A stretch of 63,812 nucleotides of DNA, the filler included, from an uncultured bacterium (GTDB lineage: Bacteria > CAZSTA01), in the NCBI GenBank assembly GCA_964609495.1. It is 3 parts of 3 records of this genome, joined end to end, with 100 filler letters (N's around TTAATTAATTAA, not from the genome) between each part and the next. Parts side by side here need not be neighbours in the genome. Positions count along the whole stretch, not along the records: positions 1 to 22,064 come from CAZSTA010000039.1; 2 more parts are not named here. One strand, 5' to 3'. Position 1 is the first letter of the stretch. Every line of letters starts with the position of its first letter. Below, in pieces: positions 10,515 through 19,622 of the stretch. The position numbers and the translations under genes were made by a program. The notes beneath the pieces were generated by a model that was not told where the DNA came from, made no database searches, and was given only the letters and a program-made list of their open reading frames with translations.

Positions 10515-11597
10515 ATGACTTCGAAGGAAAGAATGCTTATTGCTCTTAATAAAGCTAAGCCAGATAGGCTGCCCGTGACCGTGCATCAGTGGCAGCCCTA
10601 TCATCTTCATACCCACTTGGGCGGTATCAGCGATCTGGAAGCGTTTGAGATGTTTGGTATGGATGCGGCTATCACGCGTTTCCCGACTACAGGAGGATCT
10701 TCTCCTCTGTGGAGGGAGGAGGTAGAGGTTATAAGCAACGATCCAGACGATCGTATTTATCACTATACTGTCCATACCCCAGAAGGCACGCTCACTTATA
10801 GGAAAAGTGGTAATAGACAAACAATCTGGATTACCGAGTATCTCATTAAAAGGGATGAGGACATCAATCTAATAAAAAAATATATGCCCATTCCCAAACT
10901 GGATTCAAAACTGGTCAGTGAATTTTATGATGAGGTCGGTGATAAAGGGATCCTGCGCGGTTTTGTGTGGGGAGATCAGGGTAGTTGCTGGCAGCACGCC
11001 GCCTGTCTTGTAGATATCCAAGAGCTGATTCTTAGTTGCTATGATAAACCCGACTGGGTTCATGAATTGCTGAATATACTTCTTGATAAGAAGTTGCAAT
11101 TCATCGAGTCAATGAAAGGAGCAAAGTATGACTTAATTGAAACGGGTGGAGGCGCTGGCTCATCGACCGTGATTTCTCCCAAAATTCACGAGGAATTCTG
11201 CCTGCCCTATGATCGTAAGATTCACGATGCCCTGCATTCTCTAGGATTCAAGATTACCTATCACACCTGTGGAGGCAATCTAGGGATAGAGGAATTAGTT
11301 GTAGCGAATGGTGCTGATGCTTCGGAAACTCTCGCTCCCATAAGTATCGGTGGTAATCAGGAGCCATGGGAGTTCAAGGAGAAAATTGGGAATCGCATGG
11401 CTTTGATTGGTGGTATGGATCAATTTAATGTTTTGACTGATGGAGCTGACGAGGGGATCCGCTCGATGGTCTTCGCTCTTTTTGAGAAGGTGGGATATGA
11501 AGGGGGGTATATGCTTTCCTGTACCGATCACTTCTTTGAGACCCCACCGGAAAAGTTAAGGATTTATGCCGAGGTGGGGAGGGAATGTTCTTATTAG
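10515..11597 (+). CDS. Uroporphyrinogen decarboxylase-like (URO-D/MtaA-CmuA superfamily) protein
   Basis: MTSKERML...PDRLP start, ISPKIHEEFCLPY, YHTCG, IGGMDQ, GGYMLS. Confidence 0.88.
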   Translation: MTSKERMLIALNKAKPDRLPVTVHQWQPYHLHTHLGGISDLEAFEMFGMDAAITRFPTTGGSSPLWREEVEVISNDPDDRIYHYTVHTPEGTLTYRKSGNRQTIWITEYLIKRDEDINLIKKYMPIPKLDSKLVSEFYDEVGDKGILRGFVWGDQGSCWQHAACLVDIQELILSCYDKPDWVHELLNILLDKKLQFIESMKGAKYDLIETGGGAGSSTVISPKIHEEFCLPYDRKIHDALHSLGFKITYHTCGGNLGIEELVVANGADASETLAPISIGGNQEPWEFKEKIGNRMALIGGMDQFNVLTDGADEGIRSMVFALFEKVGYEGGYMLSCTDHFFETPPEKLRIYAEVGRECSY

Positions 11598-11714
11598 AAG
11601 GTATTAGGTGTTGATGATGTAAATCGAGTGGCAATCGTAGGAGAAGCTATAGGGGATATTTACAGTAAGTTCGATTGGGCGCCCTAGCGATAAAAATAGA
11701 TAAGGAGGATCAAG

Positions 11715-14519
11715 ATGGATCTGATTGAATTAAAAGGTGATATGATATCTCTACACTTCGATCTCGAGAAGGGAAATTGGAGTTGTTACTACAAAGATGA
11801 ATTATTTCTGGACAATGCTTATTCATATCCGATCTCAGGGGAGAGGTTAGAGGATACCACTTCCTATGAAGTTCACCAGAGGGGTGAGATCTCCGATGAT
11901 CTAGGGAGGGGAAAGCGCTTGACTCTGAGGCGAAGCTTAGGTCCTCTCCTGTTCGAGATCACCTTCACGATTTATGAGGAGAGGGAATTATTTACGGTGG
12001 AGAGTATCATCTCGAATGCATCGGAGGAGGCGCTCACCCTGCCTCAGATTGTCTTGGCGGATGCTCTCGATGAAAATTCCGGCGAACTTATCTTTGGAGA
12101 TGATCCGACAAATTGTAAAGTGCTTCCTAGTGATCTGGAGAGATGCTATGCGAATTGCTATGCTCGTTCGGTCAAAGACGGCTTCTCTCTCAAAAGCTGG
12201 TGGAGTTTAGCTCTTACCGACGAATTGACTAAAGCGGGTTTGATTATCGGAATCATCGAACCCGGAGATGGGGAATTATCCCTCGATTTAGGGTATAAAG
12301 AAGGGGATAAGGGGGGCTTTGATTTATCTATAAGAGAAGGCTTCTTTAGTGATAATAGCGTCTTCCCAGGAGGATATGTTGTGAAGGACTGGAGCGACAG
12401 GAAACCAGTCTTGCTCAGAGGCGGTTCGTCGCTTAAAACTGGTAAGGTGGCTTTCTTCTTCAATTCAAATGTTTTTGCTGGATTGGAGGAATACGCTCAA
12501 CTAGTTCGTATCTATAATCATATACGAATCCCCTCTGATGCTCCAGTGGGGTGGTTCGGCGTCTATAGCGTGAAGGAGAGGAAATTCCCAAGGGGAGGAA
12601 TGACCGAGGAGCAAGTTATAAATAGCGCGGATTTCATCGCTCAGAATCTAAGGGATTTTGGGATGAACTATCTTAAGATCGGGGTTGAGAGTATGGGTTC
12701 TTCTCTTCCTTTCCTGAAGAGCGCTTTTATTCCCGATTGGAAGGATATGCCCTCTTTGAGGCGAACGTTTAACTCTGATTACTCCGGGAGACTCTCTCTT
12801 GCTAGGGACGGCTTTCCGCATGGGTTGAGGTGGTTAACTGAAGAAATTCACAAGAGAGGATTAAAAGCGGCTCTTCAAACCAGACCTTTCTTCGATATCA
12901 AGGATTGCTCCGATCCCGAGGTGATAAAATGGATAGCTGAATTTTATAGGATACTTGCTGAGGATTGGCACTTCGATTATCTGATGCTCGATTTCAACGA
13001 ATGGGAGAGAAACAATGAGGATCCAACCGAAACCCTAGTTCAAGTCTCAAGAAAGCTTTATGAAGCTATTCGGGAGGGAGCAGGAGAGAAAGCATTGTTA
13101 GAAGGATGCCATATAAATCTGTCTGCCTCGCTGGGGATAGTCGATACCTATCGAGTAGGGGACGATGTTCGCTGTGAAAGATACGAATTCGGTCTGAAGT
13201 CGTTAGCATCTCGCTACTATCTAAATAGGGATTTCTGGATAGGAGATGTGGAGTACTTCGATCCTGCGGAGAAACCGTTCCCGCTTACCAAGGAATGGCA
13301 ACAGATATCCTCTCTGGCGGAAACTCAAGCTTGGGGTTCTCTGGTCGCGATCACAGGGGGGAGTTTATTCACCGGGGGAGTGCTGGAGAGCCTACCTGAA
13401 GAGCGATTGGATATCTTAAAGCGAGTCATACCCGTTTACGGAGCCTCAGCTAGACCGATAGACCTATTCGAGCGAGAGTATCCCTGTATCTGGAATCTAA
13501 ATATAGAGAAGGATTTTGGGAGTTGGAATATCGTTGGACTCTTCAATTGGTATCTCTCTCGACCAGAGAGACTGGAGATAGAATTCGAGGACTTGGGCTT
13601 GAAATCTTCCACTGACTATATCCTATTCGACTATTGGGGACATCGTTTCTTAGGCGAATTTAGAGATAAATTCACCGCTATCATCCCTCCTAGATCAGGC
13701 TTCCTCTTAGCAGTTCACGAGAAGCCCGAATGCCCCAAAGTGATATCCACTAATCGCCATGTCACTCAAGGAGGGATCGATCTCGAAGCTTTGAATTGGG
13801 ATGAAGACTCCAATACTTTGAGCGGCAAATCCAAAGTTGTCGCTAACTTCGATTATATCCTAAGTGTCTATATTCCTCGAGGTTATCAGGTGGAGAAGGT
13901 CGAGGTATCAAACCTCATCTATAAGCTTGAGAAGATATCCGCTTCTCTAGTAGAACTTAGTTTCAAATCACCTCTCTCCGATGTGATAGAGTGGTCGCTT
14001 GAATTTAGGGAAGTGGAAACTCTCGAAGCTCAACCGAAGAGGCAAGTTTACCTCGGCGATAATAATTTGTGGGAGGAATGGCTCAGCAAAGTAATAGATC
14101 TCTCTGGAGAGTGGAATTGTAAAGTCGATTCGGAGGATAAGGGATCGGCTGAGGAGTGGTTCAGGAGCGATTATGATGATTCTGATTGGTTATCGAGGGC
14201 GATCCCCGAGGAGGCGAAGCTTGAGGGAGAGATTATCTGGTACAGAAAGAGATTCGAGCTTCCCGAACAATTTAAAGAAGAACTGCTCCACTTTTCTACC
14301 GATAAGATCGAAGGCTTGGATAAGGTCTATCTCAATGGGGTCTGCATCGGGCAGATGGATGTGAAAGGGCGTGATAGCTGGCGAAGAAAGAGGATCGAGA
14401 GGGTATATGAGATACCAAGAGATATTATAAACTATGATGGAGAAAATGTTTTGGCCATTAGAGTCCGTGATGTCTCCGATGACGGAGCTTTAACGCAGGA
14501 GATCAGAATTAACCCCTAA
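11715..14519 (+). CDS. GH27/GH36-like alpha-galactosidase-type glycoside hydrolase with C-terminal jelly-roll sugar-binding domain
   Basis: DGFPHGL, FDYLMLDF (putative nucleophile), YRVGDDV (putative acid/base); C-terminal DLSGEW...WYRKRF...VYLNG...GENVLAIRV. Confidence 0.72.
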   Translation: MDLIELKGDMISLHFDLEKGNWSCYYKDELFLDNAYSYPISGERLEDTTSYEVHQRGEISDDLGRGKRLTLRRSLGPLLFEITFTIYEERELFTVESIISNASEEALTLPQIVLADALDENSGELIFGDDPTNCKVLPSDLERCYANCYARSVKDGFSLKSWWSLALTDELTKAGLIIGIIEPGDGELSLDLGYKEGDKGGFDLSIREGFFSDNSVFPGGYVVKDWSDRKPVLLRGGSSLKTGKVAFFFNSNVFAGLEEYAQLVRIYNHIRIPSDAPVGWFGVYSVKERKFPRGGMTEEQVINSADFIAQNLRDFGMNYLKIGVESMGSSLPFLKSAFIPDWKDMPSLRRTFNSDYSGRLSLARDGFPHGLRWLTEEIHKRGLKAALQTRPFFDIKDCSDPEVIKWIAEFYRILAEDWHFDYLMLDFNEWERNNEDPTETLVQVSRKLYEAIREGAGEKALLEGCHINLSASLGIVDTYRVGDDVRCERYEFGLKSLASRYYLNRDFWIGDVEYFDPAEKPFPLTKEWQQISSLAETQAWGSLVAITGGSLFTGGVLESLPEERLDILKRVIPVYGASARPIDLFEREYPCIWNLNIEKDFGSWNIVGLFNWYLSRPERLEIEFEDLGLKSSTDYILFDYWGHRFLGEFRDKFTAIIPPRSGFLLAVHEKPECPKVISTNRHVTQGGIDLEALNWDEDSNTLSGKSKVVANFDYILSVYIPRGYQVEKVEVSNLIYKLEKISASLVELSFKSPLSDVIEWSLEFREVETLEAQPKRQVYLGDNNLWEEWLSKVIDLSGEWNCKVDSEDKGSAEEWFRSDYDDSDWLSRAIPEEAKLEGEIIWYRKRFELPEQFKEELLHFSTDKIEGLDKVYLNGVCIGQMDVKGRDSWRRKRIERVYEIPRDIINYDGENVLAIRVRDVSDDGALTQEIRINP

Positions 14520-14543
14520 AAAGAATTTTTTTCCTTTGGACTC

Positions 14544-14572
14544 TTGACAGAATTGGGGAAAAGTGATATAAT
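14544..14572 (+). promoter_or_regulatory. Consensus sigma70 promoter for tRNA-Leu
   Basis: TTGACA-17nt-TATAAT with TG extension. Confidence 0.85.
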
Positions 14573-14613
14573 CTGAGCTAGGAAGCCTAAACTTAAGATA
14601 GAGGACGGGGTCC

Positions 14614-14698
14614 GCCCCCGTGGTGGAATTGGAATACACGGCAGGTTGAGGGCCTGTGCCCTTTGGGCGTGCTGGTTCGAGTCCAGTCGGGGGCACCA
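14614..14698 (+). tRNA. tRNA-Leu(GAG)
   Basis: GCCCCCG/CGGGGGC acceptor stem, anticodon arm GCAGG-TTGAGGG-CCTGT, long variable arm, GTTCGAG T-loop, encoded ACCA end. Confidence 0.97.
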
Positions 14699-14718
14699 GA
14701 ATGATCATCATTCATGGA

Positions 14719-14756
14719 GTGAGCCAACCAATGTTAAATTTATGGTTGGCTTTCAC
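14719..14756 (+). terminator. Hairpin after tRNA-Leu
   Basis: AGCCAACCA...TGGTTGGCT stem followed by T-rich sequence. Confidence 0.55.
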
Positions 14757-14862
14757 TTTAAGAATCCCTTTGGATCATAGGAGGTGATATAGAGATAAAA
14801 TTTGTATATGATCTCGTTTGTCGCTTTAAGATGATCAAAAAACGACTAAGGAGGGAAAAATT

Positions 14863-16425
14863 ATGAGAAAAGTTATTATTATCTCGATGGCGGCTATTCT
14901 CTCACTATCTCTGGTGCTTCCAACTCTGGCAGCGGAGTTGGAGGGAGTAATCAACGTCAATCTCTCCAGTACCAACATTATGGCTTGGGAAGCCGTGGCC
15001 GAGGAATATATGAAGCTTAATCCGGGGGTCAAAGTTAATGTCGAATTGAAGCCCGGTGAAGGATATCAGGAGTGGATCAGATCGCAATTTGCGGCTGGTG
15101 TTCCCGAAGCCTCCCTGGTGAATGGCAATGTGGTCTGGGATCTGGTGAACGCTGGGAAGTTCCTCGACTATTTGCCCTACTTGGATAAGATCAACCCCTA
15201 TACTGATGAATCTTGGGGAGAGGGCTTCGATGTCAGAACCCAGATGGCCGCGGGAATGAGCTATTGGGGCGGTGCTAGGCGCTGGTGCCAATTTAACGCC
15301 GAGACCGTTCAGGTGCTTTGGTTCTATAACAAGGGAATCTTCGAGGAGGTTGGGGTAGAGCCCCCCACGACTTGGTCAGAGTTGATGGATACCTGTGAGA
15401 AGATCAAACAAGCTGGCTATATTCCCCTAGCTATCGAGGGCGATTATACAAGTTTCTGGTCGATGCGCATAGGCTGGTTGATGAGGATCTATGCTGATCA
15501 ATTCACTAGAGATGAGATCAAGTTCGTCAGATGCCAACCCGATGATTATTGCTACGATGAGGAGATAGACGCGAAGTGGGAATATGATCCGAACGACCCC
15601 TTTAACGATGATCCAGGGGTCGTCAACTTCAATCCTCTCCGGAAGTTCAAAGCTATTCTGGATGGGAAGGCAAGAGTCGATGGCGATGAGTGGAGAACGA
15701 TGTATGAGAACTTCTACGACCTGTTCTCTAAGTATACCGAGCCCGGGTTCGTGGGCGTTAGCGATGCCTATCCGCTCTTTCTCACCCAGAAAGCCGCGAT
15801 GTGGATAGATGGAGCTTGGTTCATCGGTAGGTTCGAGAAGGATCTAGAAGATCTGAGCAAGACCGAGGGAGCGAAGATCGAGCCATTCGAATATGGAAGC
15901 TTCAATATGCCTACGATGGAGGGACCTTATGTGCAAGGCCCGATACGGACTATCGAGGTCGCTATTGGTTTCATATCGGTCCCCGAGAAGGCCCGAAAGC
16001 AGAATAACCTCGAGATGGACTTCTTGATGTTCTTCACCAGTCCTAAGGGTTACGGTATCTATCTAACTAAGACCCTCGATCCCAACAATCCGGGAGGAAG
16101 TATTACTGGACCACCCATCATCGGAGGCGTAGAACTGCCTCCCGATTTAGCTAAGAAGTTTGCGGGATTGAGGTTGATCGGCAACTGCGAGAAGGAGACT
16201 GCGGGAGCATGGCGATCTCGAGGTCTTGCTGATGAGCAGGAGAGCGTTCGGGGATGGGTTGATCTAGCTCAGCTCTATTTCACCGATAAGATCACTCTTG
16301 ATGAGTTCTTAGCCAAGTACCAGAAGTCCATCGAGGATGCTATTCCTCGAGTGATGAAGATCCAGGGGTATGAGTTGAGCGATCTGGATACTCCTGAGAA
16401 GAAGCCTCCTGAGAGGAAAAAGTAA
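14863..16425 (+). CDS. Carbohydrate ABC transporter substrate-binding protein
   Basis: Signal peptide, WFYNKGIF...PPTTWSEL, KAAMWIDGAW; precedes permeases. Confidence 0.9.
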   Translation: MRKVIIISMAAILSLSLVLPTLAAELEGVINVNLSSTNIMAWEAVAEEYMKLNPGVKVNVELKPGEGYQEWIRSQFAAGVPEASLVNGNVVWDLVNAGKFLDYLPYLDKINPYTDESWGEGFDVRTQMAAGMSYWGGARRWCQFNAETVQVLWFYNKGIFEEVGVEPPTTWSELMDTCEKIKQAGYIPLAIEGDYTSFWSMRIGWLMRIYADQFTRDEIKFVRCQPDDYCYDEEIDAKWEYDPNDPFNDDPGVVNFNPLRKFKAILDGKARVDGDEWRTMYENFYDLFSKYTEPGFVGVSDAYPLFLTQKAAMWIDGAWFIGRFEKDLEDLSKTEGAKIEPFEYGSFNMPTMEGPYVQGPIRTIEVAIGFISVPEKARKQNNLEMDFLMFFTSPKGYGIYLTKTLDPNNPGGSITGPPIIGGVELPPDLAKKFAGLRLIGNCEKETAGAWRSRGLADEQESVRGWVDLAQLYFTDKITLDEFLAKYQKSIEDAIPRVMKIQGYELSDLDTPEKKPPERKK

Positions 16426-16450
16426 AAATAGTTTTATGTCTATCTGTTAC

Positions 16451-16480
16451 GGCTGTCAGGCTATTTGGGGCCTGACAGCC
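16451..16480 (+). terminator. Stem-loop between binding-protein and permease genes
   Basis: GGCTGTCAGGC...GCCTGACAGCC perfect 11-bp stem. Confidence 0.6.
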
Positions 16481-16505
16481 AATTCGTTCAAATTGAGGTG
16501 GAAGT

Positions 16506-18467
16506 ATGAGATCTCGAGTTTCGATCGCTTTCCTCATATTATTAGCCTTATCTATATACTCGTCTGATATTACATACGCCAGCGAAGGGGGAGTGCTTTG
16601 GAAGTATCAAGCCCAAGATATAGTATATAGCGTATCCTCTTCCCAGGAGGGGGATCTTATCGCGGTTGGCTCAAGAGATTCCAACCTTTATCTTTTTGAT
16701 AAAGCTGGCAAACTGATTTGGGAATATGATACCGGAAGCACCGTTTATGGCGTTGCTTGTTCCGCTGATGCCAGTTTCATCGCGGCGGGGACGGAGAATA
16801 ACGAACTTTATCTCTTCGATAGGGAAGGCAAAGTACTCTGGAAGAATAAAACGAAGGGATCGATAAGTAGCGCTTCGATCTCCGCTGACGGAGAGCTTGT
16901 TGCCGCTGGAGACGAGAAATATTTCGTTTATTTATTTGATAAGAATGGCGATCAGCTATGGAGTTACAAAGCGAGTTTCGAAGTCAACAGCGTTCATATC
17001 TCGGCGGATGGTCAGAACGTTATCGCTGGAGATAAGGATGCGATCGTCCATCTCTTCAATCGCTCTGGTGAATTGATATGGGATAAACAGATGGATTACG
17101 CGATCAAGGCCGTAGCCTCCTCCGCTGATGGGAGTTTGATCGTTGTTGGTTCGGAGGATAGCAAGGTCTATCTTCTGAATCACTCGGGAGAGATACTTTG
17201 GCAATACGAAACTGGGGATGATGTCAATGCTGTTGCCTGTTCCACAGATGGTCATATCATTGCGGCTGGATCTTGGGATAAAAATATCTATCTCCTCGAT
17301 AGAGATGGACAGTTGCTCCAAAAGTATCCGACCGGAGGAGAGGTATATGGGATTCATCTCTCTTCTGAAGGAGATACCCTAGTCGCTGGATCGGCAGATC
17401 AATCAGTTTATGCCCTCGATGTTAAAAGGGCGATAGGGGCTTATGAGGTTGGTCAGACAAGAAATTATATAATTCGCGGAGCTATAATCGCTCTTCTTAT
17501 AGCAGGAGTATTATTCTTCAGCCTAACTAAAAGAGGTAGGGATATATTTTATGCTCGCACCATCGGGCCTAAAAAGTTACTTGCCGAGATCTGGGCTCAT
17601 AAGATCTCCTATTTGTTCCTACTTCCCACTATCATCTTGCTATGCACCTTCAACTATTATCCGGCTTTTTCGGGACTTTATCACGCTTTCACCGAGTGGA
17701 ATCCGGGAGTATCCACCCACTTTGTGGGGTTAGCTAACTTCAGGAAGATGCTCGCTGATAAGTTCCTCTGGGTAGGGGTAGTAAATCTCGTCATTATAGT
17801 AACGGCTGGTTTTGTCAAAGTTCTCACTCTTCCTCTTTTGGTAGCGGAACTCGTCTTTCACCTCCGATCTAGGGCTTCCAGATATTGGACGCGAACGCTC
17901 TTCGTAGTTCCCGTAGTAGTTCCTTTTTTAGTTGGCATTTTACTTTGGAGGATGATCCTCGACCCCAACATTGGCTTGATCAATCAGGCACTAAGCTCCC
18001 TTAATCTATCCCAGTTCACTAGGGTATGGTTGGGAGACGAAAGCACCGCTTTAGGATCGATTATATTCATCGGTTTCCCCTGGATAGCCGCTTTTCCCTT
18101 CCTCATCTACTATGGGGGATTGATCTCGATTCCTACCGAGCTTTTCGATGCGGCTAAAGTTGATGGTGCAGGGGGAATTAAACGCTTCTTCTATATTGAC
18201 CTTCCTCTGCTTTTAGGTCAGATCAAGCTTCTTTTGATTCTTGGCTTTATCCAAGGTATGCAGAATTTCATCTTGATTCTACTTACCACTGGGGGAGGAC
18301 CGGGAAGCGCAACTTATGTCCCGGCTTTAGAGCTATACTATTCCGCGATGAGATTCAATAAGTTCGGCTATGCGGCCGCAATAGCCACCGTTCTATTTAT
18401 AGTTATCCTAGGAGGGACGATAATCAATATGCGCTATGTTAAATCGGCTGTTGAGTATGAGGCTTAA
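16506..18467 (+). CDS. Fusion of a WD40/PQQ-like beta-propeller with a MalF-type sugar ABC permease
   Basis: Signal peptide, about seven SxDG-x-IAAGSxD-x-VYLFD-x-G-x-LLW repeats, then permease helices with EAA loop ELFDAAKVDGA. Confidence 0.88.
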   Translation: MRSRVSIAFLILLALSIYSSDITYASEGGVLWKYQAQDIVYSVSSSQEGDLIAVGSRDSNLYLFDKAGKLIWEYDTGSTVYGVACSADASFIAAGTENNELYLFDREGKVLWKNKTKGSISSASISADGELVAAGDEKYFVYLFDKNGDQLWSYKASFEVNSVHISADGQNVIAGDKDAIVHLFNRSGELIWDKQMDYAIKAVASSADGSLIVVGSEDSKVYLLNHSGEILWQYETGDDVNAVACSTDGHIIAAGSWDKNIYLLDRDGQLLQKYPTGGEVYGIHLSSEGDTLVAGSADQSVYALDVKRAIGAYEVGQTRNYIIRGAIIALLIAGVLFFSLTKRGRDIFYARTIGPKKLLAEIWAHKISYLFLLPTIILLCTFNYYPAFSGLYHAFTEWNPGVSTHFVGLANFRKMLADKFLWVGVVNLVIIVTAGFVKVLTLPLLVAELVFHLRSRASRYWTRTLFVVPVVVPFLVGILLWRMILDPNIGLINQALSSLNLSQFTRVWLGDESTALGSIIFIGFPWIAAFPFLIYYGGLISIPTELFDAAKVDGAGGIKRFFYIDLPLLLGQIKLLLILGFIQGMQNFILILLTTGGGPGSATYVPALELYYSAMRFNKFGYAAAIATVLFIVILGGTIINMRYVKSAVEYEA

Positions 18468-18473
18468 GGAGAG

Positions 18474-19310
18474 GTGAATATGAAAGTTAAACAGGAAACG
18501 ATTTCTCAAACGGTTATATGGGTGATCCTGATATTTCTCCTCTTTTTAACCTTCGTCCCCATTATTATGATGATAGTTATGTCCTTCAAGAATAACGCTC
18601 AGATATATGGCGATTTCTGGGCCCTCCCCACCCCTTGGATACCGAGCAATTATATTCGCGGCTTTAAAGCTATAATCGGGTATATAAAGAACAGCTTGAT
18701 CGCCTGCCTCTCCTCCGTCGCTGGCGTCCTCTTCTTAGCCTCGATCAGCGGTTATACTTTTGCTCGCCATCGCTTTCCTGGTAAAGAGGCGATATACTAT
18801 TTCATCCTCGCTCTATTGATGATCCCTGGCGTGTTGACCTTTATTCCCGCTTATGTTTTAGTTAATCAGATGGGTTTGATCAACACTAGATGGGTTCTTA
18901 TCCTGCCCTGGACCTCCGGGGGACAGGTCTTTGGGATACTTCTCTGTCGCAGCTTCTTCTCGACCTTACCCCAGGAGCTATTCGAGGCGGCTAAAGTCGA
19001 TGGAGCAACGGAATTTCAACTATATTACAAAATAGCTCTTCCTCTCTCCTATCCCATTATGGTCACTCTAGCGATTTTCCATATGCTAGGAACTTATAAC
19101 GATTATATTTGGCCCCTCATAACTATCAGCAGCACTAAATTACAGGTGGTTACAGTGGGGTTGACTCAGTTCACCTCCGAGTATGGGATAACTGACTACG
19201 GTCCTCAACTGGCCGCTTATGGAGTTGCTACCCTTCCTTTATTGATACTTTTCTTAATAGGGATGAGATACTTCATTCGGGGGATCACCGCCGGAGCATT
19301 GAAAGCCTAG
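18474..19310 (+). CDS. Carbohydrate ABC permease (MalG-type)
   Basis: GYTFARHRFPG, ELFEAAKVDGA, YNDYIWPL. Confidence 0.93.
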   Translation: MNMKVKQETISQTVIWVILIFLLFLTFVPIIMMIVMSFKNNAQIYGDFWALPTPWIPSNYIRGFKAIIGYIKNSLIACLSSVAGVLFLASISGYTFARHRFPGKEAIYYFILALLMIPGVLTFIPAYVLVNQMGLINTRWVLILPWTSGGQVFGILLCRSFFSTLPQELFEAAKVDGATEFQLYYKIALPLSYPIMVTLAIFHMLGTYNDYIWPLITISSTKLQVVTVGLTQFTSEYGITDYGPQLAAYGVATLPLLILFLIGMRYFIRGITAGALKA

Positions 19311-19328
19311 AGGATATGAAATTAAAGT

Positions 19329-19551
19329 AAGCATGTAGAATATCGTGCTAGCAGATTTAAATTTCCTTAAATCACCCTCCCGTCAAGGGAGGGGGAAACT
19401 AAAGAGATCGAGCTTATCTCGATGTTCCCTAAAAGGTAACTTTTTTGCAGTCAATAGAACTCATGGTTAAAAAAGTTACCTTTTTCCCCTCGTGGGAGAG
19501 GGATAGGGTGAGGGGAAGAATCATATTCCCCAGCGCAAAGTTTACATGCTT
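19329..19551. mobile_element. MITE/REP-like element, family A, complete copy carrying a nested 54-bp insert
   Basis: Ends AAGCATGTA.../...TACATGCTT; internal CCCTCCC/GGGAGGG and TCCCCTCGTGGGAGAGGG..AGGGTGAGGGG hairpins; related copies elsewhere in the window. Confidence 0.75.
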
Positions 19552-19568
19552 CGGAAATCAAATTTTCG

Positions 19569-19597
19569 TTGATAATGACAACAAGAGTTGATATAAT
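19569..19597 (+). promoter_or_regulatory. sigma70-type promoter
   Basis: TTGATA-17nt-TATAAT, then SD AAAGGAG. Confidence 0.65.
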
Positions 19598-19622
19598 TTT
19601 AATATAGAAAGGAGTAATAAAT

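Noticed and set aside
11598-11687. 29 open codons in frame after the URO-D TAG (possible pyrrolysine readthrough)
   Set aside because: The protein already ends at the same point as its paralogues; no pyl genes seen; the length is compatible with chance.
14614-14698. tRNA-Leu as an island integration site
   Set aside because: No duplicated tRNA 3' end or integrase found in the window.
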